Shown: one piece after another, positions 50,718 through 64,000 of the stretch
Layout of the letters: each line of letters begins with the position of its first letter
How positions within the stretch are numbered: position 1 is the stretch's first letter
Origin: Octopus vulgaris
Taxonomy: Eukaryota
NCBI GenBank assembly: GCA_951406725.2
Contig: OX597820.1
Location: 89,962,001-90,026,000 of the forward strand
Direction of reading: 5' to 3'
Length of the DNA stretch: 64,000 nucleotides
The notes under the pieces: generated by a model
What the model was told of the DNA's origin: nothing
Seen by the model: only the letters and a program-made list of their open reading frames with translations
Database searches by the model: none
Program-made: the position numbers and the translations under genes

Positions 50718-52410
50718 TATTTCTTTATTAGCGACTAATGACCCAATATAGAGGAGGCAATACATGGATAGACAACACAAGTGCGGATATATATAAAACA
50801 TAAAACGAGGAATGATAATGAATTATAAATAAATGAATGTGCAATGGCTACTCGAATCCCACTCTATTTAACTGTTTAACTGTTCTTTATCAAAGTTTTT
50901 ATATCTTTTTGTCTGTGGTAGCATGTGTGTGGTCGTTCCTTATTTTTCTGTTTTATAATATTAAAACTACTTGCATGTTTTTCCAGTTTATATACGGTTT
51001 CAAATCGTCATAGTCCACGACTGAAGGTACGGTGTCATATGACACCTCTACTCCTAATGGGTCTATGTTTAAACCGAACAATACATTTAATTTAGCATAT
51101 CTTTCCTAGTCTACTAGTATATATTTTAATGTTTTCTGTATAATCTGCAGTCGGCAATTTAACTCTAATCACCTACTTGTACTTGATGATTTTTCGTTCA
51201 ATTGCCGTGCTCTTTCTGTGCGTCATCATATATGCTTTGATTTTACGGGCCTTTTGAGGGACTGTGTGTTATGCCTGTCTGTTTCTGTTTGTTTTAAGGT
51301 GAACTTGGACTATCTGGGGCGGTTTCTTTTCTTTTTGTTAGTGTTACTGGTGGTGATGTATGCTGTGTGAATGTATCGTGTGTTTTGTGTGTTTGCCTTA
51401 CAATTTCTTCTGTTTCACTATTCTTCCTTTTCTTTTTGTGGCTTTTCGGGAGGGTATTTATTATTTCCTTTCTCTTTCTTTTGAGTACTTCTGTAAATCA
51501 CTCTTCTTCTTTACCATCCGTACACATCTCCTGGGCTGGCCTTGTCATTTCGGTACTCCAACTTTGTTCGTGCTGGTTTTATCTGGTTTCATTGTTTGTC
51601 TGGGGACACTTCATTTTAATGTGCACCTTTTCTCCGCAGTAGTAGCATGTTGGAGGTCTCCCTTCTAACACCACTCTCAGTCCTGTGTCCTCAGGCAGCA
51701 ACACCTCTTCTGCTAATTCGTTCAGGTCTTGCTGGATGACCTGAATAACCATTTCCAAACCGTAACCGTACCAATTCATTTTCTTTGTTCTTGCCACTTG
51801 TAATATCTTTGCGTCCTCGTGGGTTCCATGCATCACGGCTTTTACCAGCCACGCTTCTTTAATTTCCGGTGGTACCCTGACTATCCTAATCCTTGCGACT
51901 CTTGGTCGGCAGGAGTACTTATTCTTGTGACCCCAGCGTCAAAGTGGAGTGATGTATTGTCTCTTGTTCGGTGGCAAACCTCACATCCACTGTGCCGTGG
52001 TTTCTACCTGTAGTGTAGAATGTTGCAACGCTACTTCTTCCAGACATTTTTTCTATAGCTTCTTCTGTAGCTATCTCAATCCTTTTACTGTTTGTTGACA
52101 GTGTTCTGTAAACCACTGTCCTCCTGACACCTCCTTCCGGATCAACGCGTTGTACTCTTGCACCTTCTCCATAGCCCCCGGCATGTTCTTGAACTGGTTC
52201 TCAATTCATTTCATTTTTCGAGTCTCTTCACCCAAAAATGGGGAAAGAAAAAAAAAGATAAATAAACACAGGCCCACAAGCAAAACGGCAACAGTATTCA
52301 AGAAAATTCAACAACTTCAATCATAGCACACCCGCAGGGTAGAGCCTTTAGCAAAATATAACACGACATATCTGCGACAGGAATCACAAATGATTTAACA
52401 GAACTAGCAA
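50718..52410 (-). mobile_element. ORF1-only (L1/Tx1-like, CCHC knuckle) retroelement unit 1
   Basis: Frameshifted ORF1: VYRTL..GTVDVRF..NWYGYGLE..LPEDTGLRVVLEGRPPTCYYCGEKVHIKMKCP. No RT or EN. Ends in ..TAATAAAGAAATA. Confidence 0.75.
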
Positions 52411-52419
52411 CCATTTTAA

Positions 52420-54032
52420 AAAATTAGTTTGGCACTACGGCCATAACATAGAGGGGACAGCACAAGGACAGACAAAACAATACATTGGGGCGTATAAAAG
52501 CACATTATGAATATAATTAATGTGAGAATAACATGGCTTTCCTACCCCTCAAAGTAGGTAGTTCCATTTTACTCTTATTTTAATTTACAGTTTTACTTTA
52601 CAGTCTTGTGTCTTTTCCTTAACACATAATTGCAACAAATGCGGCTTTATATCGTCAAAACATGCAACAGCCGGCGTCACGCCGTATCTATACTTAAATG
52701 ATGTTATTTCAACTCTTTTTTCCCCTAATAGTTCTACTAACCACTCCCCTCTTTCTCCCTCAAAAAGCACACCCTTCTTACCGTCATGGTTTGCCATTTT
52801 CACTCTGATAATATTTTTCGTTTTTGTTACTCTTTCCAATTTCGGCGTCTTTTTCATATACTCTGAGACTTCATAAGTTTCTCCCTGTAGGTATCGTTCT
52901 CTGATATACTTTACCACTCTCTTCGTACATCATAAATATCTCTGTGACGGTTCGTGCGTCCGCATTTCACTTGATTTTTCATTTGGTTTTCCATTTTTTC
53001 TCTTTTCTTTCTTATTCACCTCTTCGTTTGTCTTTCTTTCTTCTCCTTCGAACTTTTTGGTGGTAATTCCAAGTTCCTTTTCTTTTCACCGCCGTAAATG
53101 GCTCCTCCTTTACGGCTGTACTCTCCTCTTCTTGAATTTCTTTTTCTGTTATTTCCTCCTCGTGTTTCTGGGGACACTTGGCCTTCATGTGTCCCCTTAC
53201 ACCACACACAAAAAAATATTGGAGTTCTACCCTCCAAAACAAACCTCAACCTAGTCTCATCCGGCAACACCAGCTCTTCCACGATGTTATGGATGTCTGG
53301 CAGACATATAAGGGCTGTCACATCTAACCCATATCCCCAGTAGTTCACATCGTAGTTTGGGACATGGTAGAGGTTGGCTGCCACTAGTGGTGCCTTGTCA
53401 GTTTCAGGGGGCACTCTACCTATCCTTACTCTGGCCCAAAGCTTGCCACAGTAACGCAGTAGTGCTCATTCAGCTGATCTCAAGGACACAGTGGAGTATT
53501 TCTTTGCTTCATTTTCATTTACAAAGCTCACCTCTACCGTGACGAAATTCCATCCTCTGGTGTAGAACGTGGTACAGTCCTTCACCTCTCTTAAACACTC
53601 CTCTACTGCTTCCGTCGCTATTATTTCTACTTTCTTCGTTGTTTAACGTTTTGTAGATACTAGTTCTTTTCTCGGTATTCTCAATAACTTCTTTGGGAGG
53701 CGTCATCCTAAGACAGTCTCCCTCCTTTTTCAACAAGTCGTTACACTTCTTGAAATTCTTGTCTTTAACTTTTATTTCACGGACTTGCAGTAGCTCTGCT
53801 GACAAGCTTTTGTCAGTCACTGTAGCATAACTTCCCGCTTGTACTGGACTATTTTCCATGTTATTTAGCACTTCAACCATAAATAGGAAAGACAAATAAA
53901 AATTCCAACAAATTCAACAATTCAGGAAATAACAGGTTTACAATAACAGGTTAAGAATTACAGTACCAACATGGAACGTACACAGTTTCAACTGTCTCGA
54001 ACACACCAATTGAACAAACACTGCCATTAACA
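52420..54032 (-). mobile_element. ORF1-only retroelement unit 2 (diverged paralog of unit 1)
   Basis: SYATV..IYKTL..NYWGYGLD..LPDETRLRFVLEGRTP..CGVRGHMKAKCP, then a ~110-aa non-RT ORF (52585-52917) and the shared tail. Confidence 0.75.
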
Positions 54033-55784
54033 GAACTAACAGCGTCAAATACAGTACATTCAGTTCTTATTTATTGTAATCGGTTATTCCACTTTCAGTC
54101 ATGTGGGGTGTTCAGGATTTTCTCATAACATCATTATGTGTGCGCTTCGTGATATTTTAAAAAGGAATTATTTAATATGTTGTGCTAAATTTCTTTTGCA
54201 CACTTTCCACAATCCATGTAAATATCTTCACATCATAGATTTGTCCCCGGTTTAATGTAAAAGATTTACAATAATTTACTGACGGGTTTCGCGTAGTTGG
54301 TGTCAAGAAAATCACTAAGCACTCAATTAGAAGATTGTTCCTTTCACTTGGATCTAGCAGTCCTCGGGACATTAATTTAACTCACACCTCCTGGCATTGT
54401 ATCAAATTTCTGGCAGCTTCTTACTAAATCTCGAAGTAAAGTTTGTCAGCTTTGCGCATTTATGTGTCTATCCATGTGAGCTTGTGCGTACCAGGTGTGT
54501 GTGTGTATACGTCTGTGTGTGATCAATTGTTATAGTTATGCAACCATCCTCTTCTGTTCATGACAACACTATATTCTCATAGTGTAGAACACGTTCTACA
54601 GAAAATTGATTGGTTCCGTAACATATGCAGAGGGATATATGCGTCAAGACTACAGCTAAGTTTCTGAATTTATCTCAACGGTCATCAAAATGGTATTATT
54701 AAACACTGCTTCTCTAAATCACTTATACCTTCGGCAATAAATTCTAATATAATATGATAATTAAAGTTCCAAATGTTACGTAGTATCTTATTAAGGCACC
54801 TAGGGATAATTTGAAAATCACTGTTCATTAATCTATTGATTGATTTAATTATCAAATGATATAGTTTCACATGAAAACCTTGAAACAAAAGGCTACTATG
54901 TGAAGACAGGTTTCCAAGGCAAAATGTATTTTTGTCTAGTTACTAGCTCCAATTCATCATCCTCTATCCGTTAAAATATTTCTGTCGGTCTTCTGGTACG
55001 TTTCCTTACAAGATTAAGATTGCTCTTTTGAGACCTGTATTTATGTGTACATACATGTATGTATGTGAGTGTGTACGTGTGTGTATACGTGTCTATGTGT
55101 GTCTATATTTCGGTTAAATGAATAATAGAGCATGTAATCGTTTTTCTCTTTATTATAAGTGCACATTATCGGTATTACTGGAGTTAGTTTTATGAATTCC
55201 TCATGTGCTTTGTGGTTATTGTCATTGTGCTTCTTGCTTCTTCCCAGCATGCTGTTGCTGTTGACAAAATGGCCGATACCATACATGTTTTACTATTGCT
55301 GCGATACCTCTAGTTTCTTAGATAGGATTTATCAGCTGAGAACTTTAAGGTATAGAAATATGTGTCAATGAAAGTTTTGTCTATTATGCTGAGTTGCTAA
55401 GCAACTAGAGCATGCTGAAAATGCTCCTCATCGTAGAACACTTTAATCAGGATGAATGGTTATAGTGTTCATAACTGGGCATTTAAAGCATTATAAATCA
55501 GAACTTTCAAGTGAACTTGGTGTCAGCAAGTAAACCTTACAAAATAGCATAGGTTGCTACCAAAAGAAGTATTGATTTTCTTTGCGTCACATGTTTTTGT
55601 CTTCCATTTTATGATCTTGAACGTTTTGATCAATTATACCTCTCACTACAAACTTGTGGCTTCAGTGTAAAATTTATATGGTAAAATTTGTGTCTCAACT
55701 CAAATTCTAACAAAGTGTATGTTCAGAAATAAATTCTCAAAACGAAATTCAAATCCTTTGATTCCCTCATAAATATTAAACTAG

Positions 55785-55910
55785 CGTGGCTTAGGAGTTA
55801 GGCTATTCAGCTCTCATTTGTAAGGTCGCTTTCACGTTGGTTTCACTAGCAGGTTGTTCGGTTGATCAGATCGATGGGAACACTCGTTGCCGCATTCGAT
55901 GGACTGCCAT
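55785..55910 (+). mobile_element. Internally deleted old SINE B-like copy
   Basis: The 3' part TTTCACTAGCAGGTTGTTCGGTTGATCAGATC matches 38780-38850. Confidence 0.55.
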
Positions 55911-56960
55911 TAAAATATTAAACGATAAGAAATATTTATTGTAAACCCGAGAGGAAATTTATTGTAACAATTACCAATTAAATTTCCTTGTTATATACTT
56001 CTGTAAATTCTATTGACCTTAACTCTACAGATATTCTTCCGAGCTTAAACCTAGAAAAACTTGGACATTCCAGTTATTCAAGAGGGTTTCAAGAGGTCGC
56101 TGCCTAGACGCGTAGTCAATATTCGTAACAGTTTGGTGTATAGGAAATATATCTGACCAACGAAATACTCCTGACCCCTGTAATAACGCCGAAAGGATGA
56201 AAATAATTTTTATCATTTGCAGGATATGGGTACAGAAAAATGAAAAGAAGCTCTAGATATCAAAATTTGTTAGTATTCTTCATGTTAAAATGTATTTTCT
56301 GTGAAATACCTCACTTAGAAAATGACAAAAGAATGAAAATTTTAGCTTTATGCAAATCTCAGTGATGTTGTATAAAACAAAAATACGTATATACACATAA
56401 ATATAGACATAAACATAACTGTATACGAACGCAAATTTCAAAAGTAGAATTGAAAGGAACACTAATTTGCAGAAAAGAGTAAAATTAATGTTCTCAGATA
56501 CTTAAAAGAAAATGATAATTGAAATAGAGAAGAAAGATGAAGTAAAAACAAAGTCAGAATACTGAATATAAATATATTAGGAGCACACATTAAGAAATAA
56601 TATAAAACACGATGCAAGAATATTGTTAAGACGTGATAAAACAAAGATAAAAATGTAAGGAAATCCTACTAAAGAATTGAATGGTTCATTTGGCAGAAAC
56701 TGCGATTAGTTTGGTATATTAAATTGTTCATTATTTTATTTATCTTACTTGAGTGTAATCGACTAGGTGAGACTGTTGACACCTCTCACAAGCTTCTCAC
56801 AATCTTTTGTATTATTTAACAGACAAAACAGGTTTTCTTTTATCTACCGAAACTAGAAAGAAATCAATAAAGACATTATTGCAACAAATACGACAAAGTG
56901 AATGTAAATATCCCCTTTATAGCGAACGCAACGTCCTCAAAAACAAGAACAACGGAGACG

Positions 56961-56963
56961 ATG

Positions 56964-57036
<73 letters not shown>

Positions 57037-57079
57037 TGATGATGATGATGATGATGATAATGATGATAATAATAATAAT
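56961..57079. repeat. (CAA)n-(TAA)n-(TGA)n compound microsatellite
   Basis: Direct reading. Confidence 0.97.
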
Positions 57080-57212
57080 TCTCTTTTAATTTTGGCACAA
57101 GGACTTCAGTATTGAGGGAAGGAAGAAGTGAAGTACATCTAAACCAGAGCTCAACCGGTAACCACTCTATCGACCACGTAGTGTTGAAATTTTAAATCAA
57201 AACGTAAATACC

Positions 57213-57467
57213 TATTTCTTTACTACCCACAAGGGGTTAAACGCAGAGGGGACAAACAAGGACAGACAAACGGATTAAGTCGATTGCATCGACCCCAGTG
57301 CGTAACTGGTACATATTAAATCGACCCCGGAAGGATGAAAGGCAAAGTCGACCTCGGCGGAATTTGAACTCAGAGCGTAACGGCTGACGAAATACGTCTA
57401 CGCATTTCGCCCGGCGTGTAAACATTTATGCCAGCTCGCCGCCTTTTCTAGCTCGCCGCCTTCAAAG
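57213..57467 (-). mobile_element. SINE family A with 10-bp TSD, inserted in an older SINE A copy
   Basis: CGTAAATACC at 57203-57212 and 57468-57477. The 5' end AGCTCGCCGCCTT is duplicated. Confidence 0.9.
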
Positions 57468-57681
57468 CGTAAATACCGTTAAGTATTTTTCTGGCAGGCT
57501 AACGATTCTCCAAGTCAAATAATAATAATAATGGTTTCAAATTTTGGCACAGGGTCTTGATAGAATTACTAGTAAAATGATGACACTACAAATGGAGAAG
57601 TTGTGTCTATCACGACTGAGAGGAGGAAGAGGTCTTATTGTCATATTAGCTGTGAAATGTGTGTGAAACCAGCTGAAAATA

Positions 57682-58250
57682 TTGGGTTGTCCAGAAAGTT
57701 CGTGCCGATTTTTAAAGGAAAGTAAAAGGTCAATAAATACTTGCCATTGCATTTTTAATCAACCAGATATGAAGCATTTTGTTGCACAATGCGTCTCCAT
57801 CTTTTCTTTAACTTGAAAATATCCTCTTCCCAGAATTGAGGTGGTTTCATAGCAAAGAATTCATCAAAGTATCTGTTTACGTCATCCAAGGATTGAAATT
57901 TTTACCATTAAGACTATTCTGCAGAGAGCTGAATAAGTGGAGATCAAAAGGAGCAACATCTGGTGAATATGGAAGGTGGGGTAACACATCCCAGCCGAGC
58001 TGTAGCAATTTTTGTCTATTTCCCAAAGCATCAAGTGCCGAAAATAAACTTTCTTATCTTCTATTTTAAAGGGTTACAGAATTAATACAGATTATATATA
58101 GGAACATAAAACTTCTTCCACGAAAAGATAGCTTAAACTGTGCTTTAAATGGAGGTGTAGTCAAATCCTATTTTATGGACACAACCATGGCCTAAAATAA
58201 GTCGAAATGCAAGCTACTATAAATCGGCACGAACTTTCCGGACAACCGAA
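57682..58250 (-). mobile_element. Internally deleted mariner (MITE-like) with ~30-bp TIRs and TA TSD
   Basis: TTGGGTTGTCCAGAAAGTTCGTGCCGATTT / AAATCGGCACGAACTTTCCGGACAACCGAA; HLPYSPDVAPFDLHLFSSLQNSL remnant. Confidence 0.92.
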
Positions 58251-58269
58251 TAATATAGTATATAAAATA

Positions 58270-59130
58270 TATAAAGAATGCAAAAGAGATATTGATGGAG
58301 CGTGTAAGAAAGTTAAACGCGCTAAGCAGTGATGAAGTAAAGCAAAATGGAAAAATTAAAGAAGACAAGATTTTATGACAGAGTGAAGAAATGGAAAGAA
58401 AAAAGGCATGGTTAATTACTACGGGAAATGGCTGAGACAGTTGAAATACAAAAGAGCTGGAAATGGACTAAGAAAGGTGACTTGAAAGTTGAAACTCAAG
58501 CTTTTATCTTGGCACCTCCAAAACAGTCACTGAGGACGAACTATATCAAGTTTGATATTGACCTACTTTGTAGGTTGTGTGGTAAGATAGGTGAAACAAT
58601 AATCCACATTGTTTGTGAATGTTAGAAGTGAGAAATGGTATGAACACCAACCGGAAAAAGTTGGTGAAAACTAACAATATATGATCTTGTGTGACGTGAC
58701 CATTTCATCGTGGCTAGAAAACCCGACATGGTTACAGTAGTAAGGAAAAGAACCAAGCAATTATTGTAGATATTGCTTTACCTTGGGACCTAATAGTGGA
58801 CGAGAAGGAAAGTGAGAAATTTGGGAAATATCAAGAACTGAGGAAGGAAATCAGGAAAAGATGGAAAACAAGACAGTTGGAAAGGGTACAGATTGTGGTT
58901 GGCGCGGTTGGAGCAGTTAGTAAAAAGGCTAGATACATGGCTTGAGAAGCCAGGAATAACCATCAATGTAGGACTGTTGCAGAAAACAGACCTGTTAGGA
59001 ACAGCCAGGATTCTACGGAAGATGTTAAAACGTACAAGGAAACGGAATGACTAAAAGGACCTTTGGCTATTCGATATGGTTCGCTCTGTGTTGGAATAGT
59101 GTCTGGTAGAGCAGAAGCGTAAAAAGAGAT
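58270..59130 (+). mobile_element. Old R4/Dong-like LINE 3' fragment
   Basis: LKVETQAFILA..QSLRTN..CRLCGKIGETIIHIVCEC, KPD, IVDIALP, EK..KYQEL and LLGTARILRK. Followed by (CTA)n(TAA)n. Confidence 0.88.
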
Positions 59131-59140
59131 GCTGCTGATT

Positions 59141-59254
<114 letters not shown>

Positions 59255-59793
59255 TCGCAGTGCCAGACAGTGGCTCTCCTAACTGATTGCAAGTGTTATC
59301 ATGTACATTGTTTTGTCTTGGTATAAAAGATGGGCTACAGCAAATATTCTGCTCAATACCATAGATTTGCTTGTCAGTTGTGTGATCTTAACCAGTTGAG
59401 TATGTCCCTTAGTGACTGACGATATATGCATCTCTGACGACGAGCAGAAGTAGTTGGGGGAAGCATCATAGCCGTGTGTTGAAAGGAGTTCTTAGAGGTT
59501 TGGATCATTCACCTGTGGAAACATGGGTCGCTCATTCAACATCATTAAACAATTTTTATTCAGGGACCTTTTGAGCGGGATGGGCTACTCGACCAGAAGA
59601 AAATTCTAAGTGGGCCCCACTTGCAAGGTCATGCGATGTTTATCTTGATATGAGATCACAATGTCGCGCATATATGGTTGTGATGCATGTGCTTGGTGTA
59701 CCTTTATCAGATGGGTAGTCATGATGGCTATACTGGCCTTCGTATATTTTACCCAGGTGTCAAATTTTCATGGCATGCACCGCTCTCTCACTC

Positions 59794-59794
<1 letters not shown>
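59255..59794 (+). mobile_element. ~540-bp non-coding interspersed repeat (family D) flanked by (TAA)n
   Basis: A second copy lies inverted at 61578-61992. (TAA)n on both sides. Confidence 0.85.
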
Positions 59795-59859
<65 letters not shown>

Positions 59860-59889
59860 CCTTTCTACTATAGGCATAAGGTCATAAAT

Positions 59890-60255
59890 TTTGGGGGAGG
59901 AGCCGTTGAGTGCATCGACCCCAGTGCTTAGCTGATACTTGTTTTACATCGAACCCGAAAGGATGAAAGGCAGCATCGACTTCTGCGGAATTTGTACTCA
60001 GAACGCCAAAACGGACGAAATGCCGCTACGCATTTTGTCCGGTGTGCTGACGATTCTACCAGCTTACCGCCTTATAATAATAATAATAATAATCATAATG
60101 GTTTCAGATTTTGGCACTTAAGTCAATTACATTGCTCAACTGGCACTTACTCAATAATCCCCGAAAGGACGAAAGCGATGAAGACCTCGGCAGAATTAGA
60201 ATTTAGAACATAAAGACGGAAGAAATGTCGCTAAGTGTACTTACGATTCTGCTTG
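59890..60255 (-). mobile_element. Two degraded tail-less SINE A-like copies
   Basis: CCCGAAAGGATGAAAGGC..GACT/CCTCGGC..AATT..ACTCAGAAC cores at ~59955 and ~60160. Confidence 0.75.
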
Positions 60256-60267
60256 TCCACTTTATTA

Positions 60268-60309
<42 letters not shown>

Positions 60310-61577
60310 TTATTCTTCTTCTTCTTCTTCTTCTTCTTCTTCTTCTTCTTCTTCTTCTTCTTTTTTCTTCTTATTGTTGTTGTTATTATTATTATAGTGC
60401 AGTTAATTATTACAATAGAAAGATAAACATAAGGGGAAAATGAGAGGTTTGGGTATAGACATTATGGTTGTAATGAAAATGAATGATCGATAATATAACA
60501 AAAAAAAAAGAATAAATTTTAAACTGTGGAGGGTAGAATGGATAAATTCATAAAAGGAAAATACAAAGGTGAATAAGTGACAGAGTAGGTAAGGGTGAAT
60601 GATTAAAAGTCTAAAGGTTAAAATGGTTTAAAAAAGGTTGTGCATATTATTACAAGGGATAGGACAGAAATGGTGTTTCTTAGAATTTTCAATTGTTTGT
60701 TGAGTATGGCAGGTCAGTAGTTTTATGTATGGAGGAGGGTAAGAAACAAAATAGATCATAAATGGTGAATGGGAAACTCGAAGAATTAGAAACAACAAAT
60801 GAGAAAAGTAAGAGGAACTAAGAGGGCGTTTGCAGTTATTGGGGAGAAATTTAAAGTTAAAATGAATTTTGAAAAATATCGAAATATGGAAACTTTTGGG
60901 TAAAATGTATGGACGTAAGAAACAGACTAAAAATATGAAAGAAAACTCCTAATCAATATGTAACAAATGTACACTTCGTTAAATAATTAAAAACCGCCAG
61001 TCACAGGATTACGGTTGATGTTGTTACCCTTTCCCATAAGTTCTGCTGTTGGTTGTCCTTCCGCTACGGCGAGATAGAAATTTGCAATTTACGGTAATTT
61101 GATCCTTGTTCCTATACCTGTGCTTATAAAATAAGCAAATTACAAACCTTGACAAAGAGGTTGCTGATAGAACAAGGAAATATCTTGATTACATAAACTT
61201 ATCGTTCATCGAAGACGTCTCAACCTGGCCTGTGACATTCGAAGAGAAAACTTACGTGGGCGATAAAGGACAACCTATAAGATAATGACCAAAGACCTAT
61301 GGTTATGAAATTCATTTCTTTGATGGAAATAGAAGCAGTTGATATATCTCAAAATAATTCGATATATTAATGTCCCGAAGAATATTATGAAAATGACTTG
61401 CTATGATCTAGAAAATTCGATTCTAAATCATGTTGCTCCTTCAGATAAACTGATATTAGCCGAAAGAACAAAATTCTTCTCCACTGTACAACCGCTCAAT
61501 GAATCAATTTCTTTCAAATCTGTGGCATGCCAGTGAATACTGCGATTTGAAAATCCAAATACCTCCGAAACGCCAGG

Positions 61578-61990
61578 AACATGGTGATCTCATATCAAGA
61601 TAAACAGCACAGGACCTTGCAGGTGGGGCCCAGTTAAATTTTTTTTCAGGTTGAGTAGCCCATCTCACTTAAAAGGTACCTGAATAAGGGTTGTTTAAGG
61701 ATGTTGAATGAAACACCCATGTTCCCAGAGATTAATTATTCAAACCCCAAAGAATTCCTCTCAACACATGGCTATGATGCTTCCCTCACTACTTCTGCTC
61801 GTCATCAAATATGCACATATCATCAGCCGCTAAGGGACATGGTCAACTGGTTAAGGTCAAACAACTGAGAAGGAAATCTGTGGTATTGAGCAGAATATTT
61901 GCTGTAACCCATCTGTTATACCAAGACAAAACAATGTACATGATAAAACTTCCAATTGATTAAGATCAGGGTACTGTATCAGGGCATTTG

Positions 61991-61992
<2 letters not shown>
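61578..61992 (-). mobile_element. Family D repeat, 3'-truncated copy
   Basis: Reverse complement of 59285-59665. Confidence 0.85.
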
Positions 61993-62063
<71 letters not shown>

Positions 62064-62107
62064 CATTATTATTATTATTATCATCATCATCATCATTATT
62101 ATTATTA

Positions 62108-62180
<73 letters not shown>

Positions 62181-62224
62181 CATTATTATTATTATTATCA
62201 TCATCATCATCATTATTATTATTA

Positions 62225-62298
<74 letters not shown>

Positions 62299-62310
62299 GT
62301 TATTATCATT
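61993..62310. repeat. (TTA)n/(TCA)n microsatellite with higher-order duplication
   Basis: Direct reading. Confidence 0.97.
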
Positions 62311-62449
62311 AACAGCAACAAGTTTATGCTCCTTTCATATTATACAACCATGCTGTAAAACAATACCCACGTAAAAACCTTGGAAATGAAACATTCCGGA
62401 TATCGATGTAACGATTCCAACAGACAAGCTACCTGTTGAAACATGCACA

Positions 62450-62508
<59 letters not shown>

Positions 62509-62645
62509 ATTTATATGCATATATTCAAATATCCCTATGTAGGTATATATATGTTTATATATATATATATATATATACACATACACACATACACACATTT
62601 TACATATATATCTTTATAGCTATAAATAAATAAATAAATAAATAC

Positions 62646-62720
<75 letters not shown>

Positions 62721-62989
62721 TGTATCTACGCGCTCGCGCACGCACACACGCACATATGAAGGAACTGGAATCACTTAAACGAAAATACAATATCGACATC
62801 ACACGTAATGGAATGTACACATAAGCAACCAAAATATAAATAAAATGATACTGACACGGTAAATCACGAAAATATACCGAACACGTGCAAAGGAAGTATA
62901 ACAAAACAAAACCATAAAACACCTACAGTATACTAACCAAGACAAACTGAACCAGACCAACACGAACACAATATAATGTAAAGGAAATG

Positions 62990-63560
62990 TGTAGATGAAC
63001 ACTTCAGAATAGGAAATTCTAAACGTGGAGGAAATCATAAGCATGACAATCTAGAGGTGGGAATTATTAACAAACGAGAGAAAAATCAAACACAAGAGCT
63101 TCCTCTCTTCCAACGAAATAAAACCTCACCAAGTATAAAAGATAACGTTAAAAAATAGCAGCAGTAATGGAAATCGCAATCCTTGCAATAACAGAGTTAA
63201 TGAAAACAGAAACGAACATGAGTATCTGCAGGTTAAACGAAATATTATATATACAGTAGAAAATGTAGTTATAACGGGATATGTGTATTTCCGCGGATCA
63301 AATCATATACGAATAACAAAACCCAGCATGGAAATCAAATTTATAGAGAAGTGTGGTATCTACGAGAAAAAGATCTCTCAAATTTTATTGAAAGCAATAG
63401 CTAAACAACACAAGGAAAAACAGGTTGACAAAAACAAATATACATAGACTTAACAGAAGAGACCTTTCCTAAATTGCAGTGAATCTGTTGCAATATGAAA
63501 GCGGCAGAAATTATTCTTTCAACGAAACATACAACTTGAGCTCAATCGCAAACGACCCTT
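62990..63560 (+). mobile_element. Possible very degraded PLE GIY-YIG region
   Basis: RNIIYTV..C and RQKLFFQRNIQLELN resemble NLIYCIKC and RE..FI..F.P.LN. Weak evidence. Confidence 0.3.
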
Positions 63561-63590
63561 TACCTTAAAGAACTACCTAATTATTAATTA

Positions 63591-64000
63591 TCAGATCATT
63601 AAGAATGAAATATCCAATTTTCTTATACACTAAGTTTCACCGTCTATAACCCTGTTTTATCCAGTCAATTATTTGTGTTACAACATTGATGAGTTACATC
63701 ACCGCTTTTCGAAATGCAGTTAATGGTGTATGATTATATAATGAATTATCTCTTGTAAATCAATTTTTGTGAACCCATGGATAGATAAAAAAATTCGTGT
63801 TGTTTATGAATATGGGTGTAACCAATACATTCCGGTCAGCTCGAAACATTAATGAGGTGTTTGGTGAAGATGTGGCAATTGAGCGCATTGTGCGTCGATG
63901 GTTTGAGAAGTTCCGGTCTGGTGACATTCCTCTTGAAAATCAGCCCCATGGTAGACCGAAGACCAAGGTGGATAATGATGAGCTGGAAACTGTGATGGAA
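63591..64000 (+). mobile_element. Mariner element 5' part (same family as 39335), runs off the window
   Basis: TIR TCAGATCATTAAGAATGAAAT after TA; ARNINEVFGE..RIVRRWFEKFRSGD..LENQPHGRP..VDNDEL. Confidence 0.9.

Noticed and set aside
55041-55371. Overlapping short ORFs on both strands
   Set aside because: No recognisable domain, and one end runs into a CA repeat.

Overview
AT-rich eukaryotic DNA with no recognisable host gene, almost entirely transposable-element debris and microsatellites. The SINE families and dense (TA)n/(TAA)n/(CA)n tracts suggest an octopus (coleoid cephalopod) intron or intergenic region; this is recognition from memory, not a database result. Contents: a nearly intact, 5'-truncated R4/Dong LINE in a (TAA)n tract plus older RLE-LINE fragments; several Penelope-like elements (PLEs) and non-coding PLE derivatives with inverted arms; RTE and CR1-like fragments; Tc1/mariner relics; a non-autonomous Helitron; three or four SINE families; and two tandem ORF1-only (CCHC knuckle) retroelements. 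Two signals stand out. (1) About seven minimal type-I hammerhead ribozyme motifs occur in PLE-type termini. Three of them, in two unrelated elements, have a U3-A8 core in place of C3-G8, two others have very long stem II inserts, and several lie in foldback elements. (2) A shared 3'-tail module links one SINE family, a short LINE tail and the ORF1-only units, and all four tailed SINE copies abut TACC, twice inside older copies of the same SINE, suggesting a target-specific, self-targeting retroposition system. Boundaries were placed by eye and may be off by tens of bases for degraded elements.
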